Positions 1-14,888 of a stretch of 64,000 nt of DNA are shown here, in pieces. The stretch lies in the NCBI RefSeq assembly GCF_009914755.1, contig NC_060932.1, one strand, 5' to 3'. The notes below the pieces were generated by a model. The model was given only the letters and a program-made list of their open reading frames with translations. It was not told the origin of the DNA and did not search any database. This DNA is from the human T2T-CHM13v2.0 reference genome, Homo sapiens. Every line of letters starts with the position of its first letter. Position 1 is the first letter of the stretch. The position numbers and the translations under genes were made by a program.

Positions 1-1622
1 TGTGCAGGATGGTATATTATGTGACACTGAGGTTTGGGGTTTGAATGGTCCCATCACCCAGGTAGTGAAAGCATAGTACTTCATAGGGAGTTTTTCAGCC
101 CTTGCCCCCTCCTTCCCTTCCCTCTTTTGCAGTCTGTATTAGTCAGGTTTCTCTAGAGGCAGAGAACTAATAAAAGGGGAGTTTATTAAATATTATATGA
201 TCACAAGGTCCCACAATAGGCTGCCTGAAAGCTGAGGAGCCAGTCCAGTTCCCAAAACTAAAGAACTTGGAGTGCAATGTTCAAGGGCAGGAAGAATCCA
301 TGGGAGAAAGATGTAGGCTGGGAGGCTAGGCCAGCCTCCCCTTTTCATATTTTTCTGCCTGCTTTATATTCGCCGGCAGCTGATTATATTGTGCCCACCA
401 GATTAAGGGTGGATCTGCCTTCCCAGTCCACTGGCTCAAATGTTAATCTCTTTTGGCAACACCCTCACAGACACACCCAGGATCAACACTTTGTATCATT
501 CAATCCAATCAAGTTGACACTCAGTATTAACCATCACACAGTCCTTAGTGACTACTGTTCCCATTTTATGTCCACATGTACCCAGTGTTTAGCTCCCACT
601 TATAGGTGAGAACATGGGGTATTTGGTTATCTGTTCCTGTGTTAATTTGCTTAGAATAACGGCCTCCAGTTACATCCATGTTGTTGCAAAGAACATGATC
701 TTGTTTTTTCTTATGGCTGCCTAGTATACCATGGTGTATATGTATCATATTTTCTTTATCCAGTCCACTTTTGATGGGCATCTAGGTTGAGTCCATGCCT
801 TTGCTATCCTGAACAGTGCTGCTATGAACAAACAAGTGTGTGTGTCTTTTTGGTAGAATAATTTATTTTCTATTGGGTATTTACCCAGTAATGGGATTGC
901 TGGGTCAAATGGTAGTTCCGTTTTAAGTTCTTTGAGAAATCTCCAAACTGCTTTCCACAGTGGCTGAACTAATTTACATTCCCAACAGTGTATAAGCATT
1001 CCATTTTCTCCACAGCCTTGCCAGCATTTGTTATTTTTTGTCTTTTTAGTTATAGCTATTCTAACTGGTGTAAGATGATAGCTCATTATGGTTTTGATTT
1101 GCATTTCTCTGGTGATTAGTGATGTTGAGCATTTTTTTATGTTCGTGGCCACCTGTGTGTCACCTTCTAAGAGGTGTCTGTTCATGGTCCTTGTCCATTT
1201 TTAATGAGGTTATTTGCTTTTTATTGTTGAGTTGTTTAAGTTCCTTATAGATTCTGAGTATGAGACCTTTGTCAGATGCATAGTTTGTAAATATTTTCTC
1301 CCATTCTGTGGGTTGTCTGCTTACTCTGTTGATAGTTTATTTTGCTGTGCAGAAGCTTTTTCATTTAATAGATTCCACTTGCCAATTTTTATTTTTGTTG
1401 CAATTGCTTTTGAGGACTTAGTCATAAAATCTTAGGCAAGGCCAATGTCCAGAATGATATTTCCTGGTTTTCTTCTGGGATTTTTATAGTTTGAGGTCTT
1501 AGATTTAAATATTTAATTCATTTTGAATTATATTTTGTATATAGTGAAATGTAGAGGTTCAGTTTTATTCTTCTCTATACAGCTATCTAGTTATCCCAGT
1601 ACCATTTATTGAATGGGGAGTC
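1..1622 (-). mobile_element. 5'-truncated older primate L1 (L1PA15/16-L1PB-like), 3' UTR and ORF2 C-terminus, interrupted by MLT2A
   Basis: ORF 745..1185 encodes the L1 ORF2 C-terminal region (REMQIKT...[13 protein letters not shown]...PFDPAIPLLG). 3' UTR-like sequence lies on both sides of the LTR. Confidence 0.9.
135..538 (-). mobile_element. MLT2A (HERV-L) solo LTR
   Basis: TGTATTAGTCAGG...AGTATTAACCATCACA ends, with a perfect 5-bp TSD CAGTC at 130-134 and 539-543. Confidence 0.92.
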
Positions 1623-1802
1623 TTTATATTTTTATATCTGCTTAGATCCAGTACTTCTTAGGCATAGTGCATGGAGCACTCAATGTTGAAATAATGCTGA
1701 GTATTCCCAAATTCAGATTCTGAGGCATGACTCCAGAAATTCATATTTTCAATAACCTCAAGGTAATATAGTAGCTGCATTGCACAGTCTTAATTTTTTA
1801 AG

Positions 1803-2412
1803 TGTCAAAATGCTGACTCCTCAAAACATCAGCAAAACAACCCATTGATAACACAAACTTGGTTAATTGTTGACTGCAGTAAGAGAGAACTTACCTCAAC
1901 AAAGTCTTACTGGTCGTCACAGGCCAAAGTTGGGAAAATTGGGATTATAACGTTAGGTTTAAGGTGGGCCTTATAATGTGAAGGCTTCATTAAGACTGAG
2001 TAAGTATCATTATATAATAGTTTAGGATTGGTGGGCATTGCAAGATTAGAATACTGATGAGGCTAGAGGGTCAAAGAGTCTTATAGTATAAACTGTCCAC
2101 TCATGTATTCTACTGAAGAGTTGATAACTCTTTCAGGAAATTCCTGAAATGAACAACAGAGATATTTACCTCTTTCTTTCAACTGATTGCAATGAAAAAA
2201 AGGAATATATTTGGAATTTTGGAAGTAAAGGCTGCAATAATAAAGAGTTTTAGTTACCTGAAAGAACTGTAAAACACCTATGATAATATTGGTCTTTGAG
2301 AAGGTTGCAAATTGCAGATGGTCAATGCACCACTTCATGGTAAAATTCTTCCCTGACAAAGCCAATGAGAGGTCTTAGAGTTTTTCAATTGACTCTTGTC
2401 AATTCTAGCACA
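1803..2412 (-). mobile_element. probable old ERV1-class solo LTR (family not identified)
   Basis: TG...CA ends, about 610 bp, near-TSD TAAG (1799-1802) / CAAG (2413-2416). Strand is inferred. Confidence 0.45.
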
Positions 2413-2659
2413 CAAGACAGGAGAGACAAAAGAGGTTTCATACAGGTTCTCAAAGAAAAATTCAAAAATGGCTGGTTTTTATACTAAGAGGAAAAGCTGT
2501 ATATTAAATTATAGATTTATGTAGTTCTTTCTTTTCATCCATTTAAGGAAGGTGAACCCTTCATATTTCTGGGCTCTATGACTATTAAGGATACCTTTTT
2601 GGAGAACACAAAAGAAAAATAAATAGAACTGATAAAAAAATGGGAGGCAGAGAGGTTTA

Positions 2660-3102
<443 letters not shown>

Positions 3103-3601
3103 GATCTTTATGTAACGTCTAATAAAATCCTTTCCTCAGTTTCCCTGTGACATCATCAGTAAAAGTCCTTACTTGTAAATGCATTATTACAAACCTCCGC
3201 CAATGACCCCATGTCAGTAGTTTTTCTATTTCAAGTAGCCTATAAGGGGTTATTTGGCCACACATAACAGCTGAGAGTGACATCTGCAGTTGCAGCTTAG
3301 CAACTCATGTTCAGCTATCATGCAGAAATGTTCCTACAGGGAAGGCAAAAAACCCCCTCAGTATTCTAAGTATCAGGTAGAACACTAAGAAATCAGTCTT
3401 CTTTGGAGGTGATGTGAAAAGGTTTGTTGATTTGAGATAGAATTTCTATGTACTTTAGTAGGATGCACTCTTGACTTTTCTTTCTAATACATACCCTTAA
3501 GAGGTACCTGTGAAATAAACCAGAAGAGAACAAAACAATCCTTCCCCAGTCTCACTCCACTTTACATGGTACATGCCCATTACAGCAGTTTATTAAGAAA
3601 T

Positions 3602-3965
3602 TGTTTCTAAAAAATGTAATTGGGAGGCCATTAGGCTGAGAGGTATCCAGTACCTTTGATTCCTACATAAGCAAACTAAAGCCAAATGTAAATAGTAAAA
3701 CAAAATTTAGGCTAAACCAACCAGAAACTGCCAACTAACTTCTAACTAGGGACTTTCCAGCAGATTATACCTAAATAAGCATCTAGCAGTAGCCAATCTA
3801 GTAATTTCTTTCCTTGATTTCCCCATTCAGCTATAAAAGCTCACTGCCCATGCTGCTGAAGCAGAGCTCTCTGAACCTCTTCTAGTTTAGGCAACTGCCC
3901 CACTCGTTAATTCTTTAATGCCCAAATAAACTCTGTTAAATTTATTTTGTCTAAAGTTTTTAACA
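3602..3965 (+). mobile_element. ERV1 solo LTR, MER93/MER57-like
   Basis: TG...AACA ends, internal TATAAAA (about 3833) and AATAAA (about 3925). Start ATTGGGAGGCCATTAGGCTGAG resembles MER93. Confidence 0.7.
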
Positions 3966-5029
3966 AAACCAAAACACCAGGAAACAAGGGAAGGGAAAAG
4001 AGGGGCAAATGACCATTCATTGCCTGGTATCATTCTTGTTCAACAAACTTGGACACATCCCCTCCAGAATGAATTCAATGGTGTTCCTTGGTTGGAAACA
4101 CATTTGCTCAAATACCCGGAGGCATGCAATTTAGAAGTATGATAGGACTCTGACATCTACTGAGTCAGCCAACAACTTGAGTGAGGCCTTGGAATTCGCT
4201 GAACTTGAGTCCCTTGGAGTCCCTGAATTTGTCAGGGTCTTAGGGCCTCATATATCCTATACCCTCAAATTTGGATTATGTAATATCAAAGTTAACCATC
4301 TCAAGTATTGACTTCAGAGAACATAACCAAGGACAGGGTAAACCAGCCAGGATATTACAGTCAGAGAGGTCTTGATGATTCAAGAATAAAATGAAGCAAT
4401 TTTATTTGTTTAATAGAGAGAAGGGAGGTGGCTGTTTCCTCAATCTCCTCTCCTAAGGGTATCTCCTAAAAAGCATTACAAGTCTAAGAAGAGGTCCAAC
4501 CTTTTGATTATACAAGGCAAATTCACAGATTTTCTGACCCTTGGAACTGCAAACACATGATTCCAAAATAATCACTGGAATCTATCAGGAAGTATATAGA
4601 AAACAATAACAAAGTACATCCATTTATTTCTTGAGGAGATAGAGAAGTGAATTGTTTTTTTCTTCTACCTTACTATATAAATCTGTGTAAAATTGTGTCC
4701 AGACTTCGTAGTAATTTTCATGTGAACTTCAATGCAAGTAAATCTGTTAATAGGTTTTTGATAATAAATTGTTCTCTTTTTTTACATTGGTAAGGAGGAG
4801 ACTTCTGTGGACAGGATTGTTTTATTTCTTCAACAGTGACAAGTAGAAAACAGTAATATGCGTACTCATGAGGCAAAAAAGACAAATAGCCGAGTGGGAT
4901 GAGGCTTGGATTAGCAGCATTTACTGTGAACAGTCATGAAAGAAGAAAGTCCTTTCACAGCAAGCAGAACCTTAGTATCAGAGGAGAAATTAACTATCAA
5001 ATCTCCAGCCATATTTTAATCTCTTCTGA

Positions 5030-5610
5030 CATATCCTGGGTTTCTTCCTCACCCTTATATCCAATCAGTCGAATACCTGAGTATTCATATACCCAAAATC
5101 TCTTTCAAATCCTTCTGCTTGTCTCCATTCACATAGACACTACCTCAGACCCTGCAGTCATACTCTTCCCCCAACAAGTTTTATTATCTCCAATTTTGCT
5201 GCCTCTCAAAGCACTTTTTCACACATTTATGAATCATATTGCTAAAATACCAGTGCTCTGTTTAAAAACATGATCTACAAGAACCTTCTTCATCGAGCCC
5301 CTGATTATTCCATCAGCTAGATTTCTTATGACTCCAGAATTCTTTCCCCAACTCTTAAATTTGTGATCCTGCCATACTGAATTATTTGGTGTCACTTGAA
5401 CATCCTGACTCTGCCCCCTAGAATTCTGAACAGGCTATTTTCTTGGTCAGGACCATTCATCCGCATCTCTTCCTCTTTCTCCCAAATAGTCACTACTTTC
5501 TTCTTTTCATTTACGACTCAACTAGAATGGATCACCTCCTTCTAAATTTCTTGTCTGACCATTCCACAGTACCCCCAATTTTCCCTAGATCACTTTACTT
5601 TGACCTAGTC
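5030..5610 (+). mobile_element. L2 fragment
   Basis: Pyrimidine-rich degenerate sequence resembling the L2 3' region. Confidence 0.55.
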
Positions 5611-5627
5611 TAAGATTTATCACACTA

Positions 5628-5962
<335 letters not shown>

Positions 5963-7459
5963 GAGTTACTGGTACCAAAAGAAAAATGAATGCAAACTGA
6001 GAATCAAACCCCTCCAAAAAAAAATAATAAAACCAAAATGACTGTCCACCATAGTAAATAAATGACATAGCTATATAAATCAATACATTCTGTCAGGTTA
6101 AGAAATTACAGCTTTGCAGTTCATTCCAAATTTGAACACCTTAAATCTCATTTATATGACAGTTTAACTAATTTTTCTCTGCAAATCAGGTTTCTTTGGG
6201 GGCTAAATTAAAATTTATTCAGGTTTTCAGGAATCTGCATAATAAATGGAAACATTTCCAACTGTATGCTGCAGCTTCCAGAGAGGATTTATCATTATAT
6301 AGATGTTGACTTCAACTTTTAATTCAAATGTAATATTTTTAACTAGTTGATTGAATTTCCTCCATAAGTTGGAAACACAGAACATTTTAGGAAACAATGG
6401 CTAAATATGAGAAATAGAGCAAAAAACAGCACTTTTTTTGTAATTGCAATTCTAAATGATTAATAATGATTTAAACCTGTAAGATAATTTGTTTATCATG
6501 TAAGATTCAATTGAAAGATCAACTTATAGTAAAAGGTTAGGTTAACATGACAAACCAGGACAGGAAAAATGGAAAGAGTTAATTTATGTTCGGGTAGGAG
6601 GTTCCAGTTACACCTTAGCAAACAAGAAAAGCTTGGAACACACTTTTCGCTCCTCTGGGAGTTTCAGTACAACTTGGCTGCACAGAGAAAAATCTCCCTC
6701 TCACAACACCTTTCTGTGATGAGAGCAGGCTGCCAAGAACACTTCCACCAGTTTGAAAAAAGTCTTGAAGAGTGTCTGCTTTGAGTCAGGTGTCGTAATT
6801 ATTTTTTACACCATTTTCACAGCAAACCTCCTTAATCCTCCTGAAATTTTATAGAGGAATAAATCAAGCACCTGCTACATTATATATATTATTTGAGTGA
6901 TCTCTTTAATCTCTTCTGTTCATAGTTTAGGAGATAGAGATATTTCATTTATGGACATGTGACCTGCCCTAGAAGCATTCAATAGATTTTTTGATGTTTA
7001 AAATAAACACTTTCCTAAATAAAAAAAGTTTACAGAGCTATCTGATACAAGAGATTCTGGGTATAGAATCTGTTCCCAAAGACATCCTGATACATCAGTA
7101 GAAGCATTGAATTTGGAAGTCAGACCCTTTTAGCTGAAGTTGCAAGTTTTTGCCCTAAAACTTTTGTGATTTCTAAGAGTTTGCTCATCTCCATAGGGAA
7201 GAAATATCTTTTATCACAGAGTTATTGTGTGAATCAAAAAGAAATCAATAATGTATGTGACGGCACTCTGCCAATTACACAGTTGTGCAGTTTCTGCCTT
7301 GATACTTCCCTGAAATTAAATTCTTGAAAGTTGTGGGAACCAAATATGTTATGATTTACTCCAGACAGACTTGAGAGATACATATATATATTATTATATA
7401 TATTATATATATATATGTATCACACATATTTATATGGAACTCTACCAAATTTCAGTGAA

Positions 7460-7650
7460 ATAATGATAGCTAATATTGATTTGTAACAATTCTACGAGGT
7501 AAGTACTGTCATTATTCTTATTTTGTATATTGGAAAACCAAGGCTAATAAAGACTAAACAACTTCCCTGAGTCCACACAACTTGAAAATGTGGATCTGAG
7601 ACTCAACACAGGACACTTCACTCAAGGCCAATATTTGTAGCTATTATGCT
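7460..7650 (-). mobile_element. MIR
   Basis: Degenerate MIR core (GGAAAACCAAGGCT...ACTTCCCTGAGTCCACACAAC). Confidence 0.6.
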
Positions 7651-7909
7651 CTACATAGCTTCTCTTTCCATACAAGTCCATGTGACAGAAGACATGCTCC
7701 TGAATTACTCCCTTGAATACATATAAAATTGATTCATGAATTTAAAAAAAAAAAAGCCTCACCAACTTTGGGGAAGTGATTGTTCATTTAATAAACAATT
7801 TCAGGAAAATTGACATTTTTGTTGTATCATACCCTTGACGCTAGAACATTTAAAAAATAAAATAAGCTAGTCAATAAAATAAGCTAGTCAATAAGTTTCT
7901 TAAATAAGC

Positions 7910-8260
7910 CTGTTTAGGCTAAATAATATTACATTGTATATATATACCACATTTTGTTTATCCATTTATCCATGGATAGACAGTAGGATTGCTTCCACTT
8001 TTTGGCTATTATGCAAAATGCCGCTATGAACATACATGTACAGACATATGTTTGAGTTCCCGCTTTCAATTTCTTTGGGTATATTCCCAGATTCCTGGAT
8101 CACATGGTGATGCTATTTTTTAATTTTCTGAGGAAACATCAAGCCATACTGTTTTCCATAACTGCACCATTTTACATTCCTACCAGCATTGTACAAGATT
8201 TCCAAATTCTCCACATCCTCACCAACTGTTATTAATTCTGGGTATTTAAAAAATAATAAA
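7910..8260 (-). mobile_element. L1M (L1MB-like) ORF2 C-terminal fragment
   Basis: CCACATTTTGTTTATCCATT...TTTACATTCCTACCAGCA...TCTCCACATCCTCACCAAC matches the L1 3' region. Confidence 0.75.
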
Positions 8261-8392
8261 CATACTGAGTTTTCTAATTTAAAAAATATGTATTTTTCTT
8301 CAAATTTCAAGAGGAAAGACCTTTGAAATATGTAAAAGAGAATCAAGAAAAATATAGTGAGATTATGTTGAATGTGAAAATGTTGAAAATCG

Positions 8393-8695
8393 TATTATTA
8401 TTATTATTATTTTGAGACAGAGTCTCACTCTGTCATCCAGGCTGGAGTGCAGTGGCGTGATCTCGGCTCACTGCAACCTCTGCCTCCTGGGTTCAGGTGA
8501 TTCTCCTGCTTCAGCCTCCGGAGCAGCTAGGATTACAGGCGCCTGCTACCATACCCAGCAAATTTTTGTATTTTTAGTAGAGACGGAGTTTCGCCATGTT
8601 GGCCAGGCTGGTCTCGAACTCCTGACCTCAGGTGATCCACTCGCCTTGGCCTCCCAAAGTGCTGGGATTACAGGCGTGAGCCACCGCACCTGGCC
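8393..8695 (-). mobile_element. AluS with (TTA)n tail
   Basis: Full antisense dimer; source of ORF 8412..8744. Confidence 0.95.
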
Positions 8696-9091
8696 TGAGA
8701 TTTGTATGTTCTTGACTTTCATGGATGTAGGGTCTCTGTACTGAGTCTTCCTTATAATGAAGTTCTTGAAAGGTGTAGGAAAGCCCTTCTTCCTATATTC
8801 TCCATCTCAGCTGATGAGATTACACTATCCTTAATTGACATATAGCCTTGGTTTGTTTTTTCCATTATCCCTCACATTCATTTGATAACTAACTATCCCA
8901 TGCTAATTATCCTAACATATGTTTCTAAAATCACTTCTCTCTTCTTCATCACCACTGCCACTGCCTTGGTGTGGCCCTCATCAGCTTTAGTCTGGTCTAG
9001 AGGATTTTCCTGTTCTCTCTGTCCCTCCAAAAGTATCAAAGAAACAAATATGATTATATTGTTGCCTTGCTTTTTGCCCTACCAACATCTT

Positions 9092-9717
<626 letters not shown>

Positions 9718-10179
9718 GTTTACAGGATAAAACATAGTCTCCTTAGCATGTCGCATAAGTTTCCCTATGAACTGACACTCGCTTATATCTGTAGACTCAT
9801 TTCCTGCCACCTCCCTCCATGGGGATGCTTGGTGTTTCAGAAATGCTACATCAATTATGGTTTCCAGGACATCACCCTGCTATGCCATGTCTCCATGTAT
9901 TTGACATGCTATTTCTCTCATGGCAGGAGCTTCTTCGTCCTATTCCTCTTCTCTGTTCAAAGTTGTTCTATGAGGTAAACTGCATTCCCACCTTTCTATC
10001 TCCACTTAAATATCACATTTTTTTGAAGTCTCCCTTGACTCTCTCCTCTACCCTCCACTCCATCAGAATGCTACTTTCTACCTCAATTATACTTTATTGT
10101 TCATATCATATTGTATTGTGCTATTGGTTTGTACATTGGTCTTCTACCTTATAATGTCAATATTTTAAGGAAATATAGG

Positions 10180-10420
10180 ATTTAAAACATAGTTTCTAAA
10201 GGTAGATGACAGGGGTTTGAATCCCAGTGCTACTATTTTCTGCCTGTGTGGCTATACGCAAGTTGATTAACTTCTCTGCAGCCAAATGATCCCTGTAAAA
10301 TAGGGTCAACACGTGTGCTTACCTTGCAGGGTTGTTGATAGACTTCCGCGGAATAATATATATAAGGGGCCTAGAGAATCACATAGAAAACAGTAAGCTT
10401 TCACCAATATCAGCTACTTT
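10180..10420 (+). mobile_element. MIR inserted in L2
   Basis: GGTTTGAATCCCAGTGCTACT...CAAGTTGATTAACTTCTCTG core. Confidence 0.7.
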
Positions 10421-12149
10421 TGTCTTATTTATTTAAAAATCCTCAGAACCTGCCACAGAGTAGGTGCTTGAGAAATATTTATTGAAACAAACTTAATTTC
10501 CTTTTTACCATGTACATGTTTTTGGCCTTCAGTTGCTACTCTTTACCCAAAATAAAACCATGCTTTTAAAAAAATTGAAAGAAAATATTGGTAACTGAGA
10601 AACTCCAAATGTACTACTCATGCCCACAGTGTTTCAAATCATTGTGCATCCCCTGCCCTAGTGTTGGCAGTGACGGTGTCATCTCACGATAAATAAACTG
10701 AAAGAGGAAGGAATTAAAATGCTGATGGTTTGAAAGGGAGTTTGTTTTCCATTCTGCGATTAGGAAGTGATCCAAACCTCCACACAGAACATGAAAAGAG
10801 AACCTATACTTGGAGACCCATCTTTCATAGTTATGAAAACCCATTACATATTTGTTGAAAGGAAAATGTTTGTCTATTTGGACAATAACTCTACATAGAA
10901 GAAGACTGCCAGAACACATGTAAAATTGCCTTGTCTGCTATGGGTTTTGTTCAAGGTCTTGAGACTAGTGATAGATGAGCCTGAAAGGATTGCTTTAAAT
11001 AAACCAAACCTCTTGGATTAGCACTGCTGGGCTTAGAGCCCCATGGGAAAGGCCTGTCTCCCGTGATTTCCAGTATACTCCACTTCCAATGAGCTGGAAA
11101 TACCACAAGAAAACTGCTGTTCTCACGGTATTTTTGCCTTTTCCATTTCTGGTTTTAGCTAAGGAAAAAAAAAATGGTACATGCTGATCAAAAATGGCAT
11201 GTGCATATGACAGAAAAAGAGTATCCAAATGTTTGATCTTTAAATTAAGATGAATTCACTGTAAGTTTCAAATAAATTCAAGTAATTGAATATTCTCATA
11301 AGTTTCAAGGAAGCAGATTTATGCTCACAAGAGATCTAGATTGATTACACATTGACTATTCTAAAATTGTATTACATATACATTAATTGAAGGCAAAGTG
11401 GCCAAATGAAATAACTAAAATTGATGAGTGCCTCTAAATTTTTATTTAGGGATATTTAATTCCAAAAATGTGTTATAAATAAATAAGCATATTAAGGAAA
11501 TATTTGGGTATTTTTCTGAAAAAGATGGGCTTTTGTCTATTTACAACTTTGCTAGAAGGACTTAATTCCATGTTTAGCTTTTGCTTCAATAAAATGTAAC
11601 AAGCACTTAAGGATCATTAACTATGTGCCAGGCAGAGTCCTAAGAGTTAAGACCTGGAGACATACTTAAGGGTACTGTCGACATATGCTAATTCTTTTCA
11701 GATATGTGCAATTAAGAATATTTAGATAAGATAATGAAAGGAATGTGAAGGGAGACAAGAATGGGAAAAAATACATTGGAAATCTTTAAAGAACAGTTTA
11801 AGGTTATAATTTTCTTCAATGGTGTGCTTAATGTTTTATCTATTATTAGTAGTAGAAAAAATTACTAAAAATTAAGTGAAAATTAATAGCTTCTTTTAGA
11901 CTAAAAATCTTGACTTTTGCATGCAGTTAGTGTTTACATTTACCTATAAGGTAAAAGAAAAGACAAATTGTTGTTTCAATTTTCTGAGTGGCAAATATAG
12001 CAACTATTCATAAATCAATTCAGCAGATCCTGGAATCTAGATGAAAATAGATGTTATTATTCATATATGTACATATTAACAGATACACTTAACTAAATCT
12101 ATTAATTTTTATATACATAATATGTACATGAAAATGCAGGTGCCACCTA

Positions 12150-12380
12150 ATGGTTTAAGAGCTCAGGATTTGGAGTTGGTCAGATATACTTGGGTCGGAG
12201 ATTTTGTTCTATTTCTTTATAGCTTTGTGACCATAATTGCTTAACTTCTCTGAGCCTCAGAATCCAGACCTGCAGAATAAGAATCATAACAGTACGTACA
12301 TAAATTATTGTGGGAATTAAGCGATGAGCACACAAAGTGGTTAGCTCAGTGCATAATGAGAATCCAATAAAGTTTCGCTT
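12150..12380 (+). mobile_element. MIR
   Basis: TGGTTTAAGAGC...TTAACTTCTCTGAGCCTCAG core. Confidence 0.7.
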
Positions 12381-14309
12381 GAATTAGTGGTTGTAGTACT
12401 AGCAAGGTTAACAAAATGCTATTAGTAAATGTAAATGGTAGTAATACTCATATTATTACTCATAATGAGTAATACTCATATTATTAACAAGGTTAACAGG
12501 AAATAATGTTAATAAACTTCAAATTTTGAAGAAAAACTGAATTGGAGGAAGTTAATGATGTTAAAATAAATAACTTTAATGAGACCAGAGATCGTAACAA
12601 CTATGGCTAAGCAATAAAACCATCTGAGTATGTAATAGTTGTAACCCAAACATAATACACACTTGTATCTGAATTTAATTTTTTCCACTGAATCCAGAGT
12701 ATATTCAAATCCAGGATTTTCAATTATCCAAAGAATATTTCTCTGCAATTCAGTGAATGTGCCTAAAAATGATCAATATATAAGCATATCTAGATTACCA
12801 TCTCTCTGTTTCTCCACTGTAAGTTCTGTGAGTCAAAAATAGCATGGCAATATTTGAGCTGCTACTGGAACTCCTCCTATAAGTATAGGACAGCGTCCCA
12901 TTTTCAAACAACCCTCATGAGCAAAGTAGTAAATATAGTCTTCCTGTTACTCAAGATCATTGGGAAGATATGATGACTTTTCTTTAGAGAATCAATGACA
13001 TCTCTGTTAGAGAAATTGTCCTCTCTTTGATGGAGTAAATATATTGCTTCAAAGAGGGATAATGAACTTAAATCAAAACAGCTGCCTAAACCCTGGGGCA
13101 GTATCCAAATAAAGGAAAGAGGGAAAATAGCCATTTTCAAGGGGCTTCTAGATCCTACCACTGGTAAGTAGGAAGAGCAGAGTGATTGTTCAAGGATGTG
13201 GCTCAAGTCTCATCTGAGCCAAGCAGGTTTACTTATCCAGGGTCTCCCTCTATTGGCTGCAGGAAGAGAAAGAACCTGCACCTGCCTAGGTAAAATGAAA
13301 GATGAGGAAGCTGTCTTGGCTGCATTCTTGAGCGTGTTATTGCACTAAAGGCATGGAGGCAGTACCATGGCCAAGAGCTCTTATCTTCAGGCAAAAGCAA
13401 GAGCGCCATAAGTAGAAATAAGGAGAAGGAAGCTTTCCAGCTCTGCAAGAGTATTCTCTTTAATAACCATATGGTTTAAGAAGCTGTTTGGATTGTGTCA
13501 TGTGGTCTCTTTGGGCACAAGTTGGAAACCAAGATTAATTAGGATCATCTGGTAATAAAAAGCAAAGAAGACCCTAGAGAAGATGAAGCAGCACCACAGA
13601 AAAATAGATTTCTTATTTTGTATTCCAACTAAATTCCCAGGCTTAACTGGCCTGGGGAAGTATCCATGACATAAGTGACTCTGAATTCTCCAAATCAATG
13701 TTTTCTTATAGTTAAAACAATTAGTGAGGACAGAAAACATTAAAACAGATCATATTACTTTTTCTGGGGAAAACCTGAGATTTGTTTGCTTTTGAATCAT
13801 GAAAAAGATCAGAATTTTTTTTCTACTTCTAGTAAGTCATTAATGCCTGTCATCTGAGATGTCTCTTTTGCCAAAGACTGTTTATAAATGGGCAATTAGA
13901 ACTTACTGAAGCATTTTAGATGAAGGTTGTTTAATTGATGAATGAACTAACACTATATATCAAGTTGTGATTTTTTTCTTCCTTAGCAAAAGCATAATGT
14001 GGCATTAGGAGACATAGTGCAGAGCTTCTTTATATTTGTATGAATGTCAGGGCCTGGACTGAGACTGTGTACCATGGAAACAAAGTGGAGAATATTTTGG
14101 TAGATACAAATAAGATAAAATCCATTCTATACTCACAGCAACAATTTACCTATTTTTTGGGGGGGGCTGTGTGTATGTGTGTGTGTTAGAGAAAGAATCA
14201 AGCAGAATAATTGATGATACTTATTTTAGAAAAGAGTTGGCCCTAATCTAATTCCTAAAAGCAGTTATCATAAACATGAAAATCACGTTTCTTTATTTAA
14301 TAAGATTCA

Positions 14310-14888
<579 letters not shown>

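Noticed and set aside
13345-13356. TATTGCACT resembling the start of miR-92-family miRNAs
   Set aside because: No further match and no hairpin partner visible.
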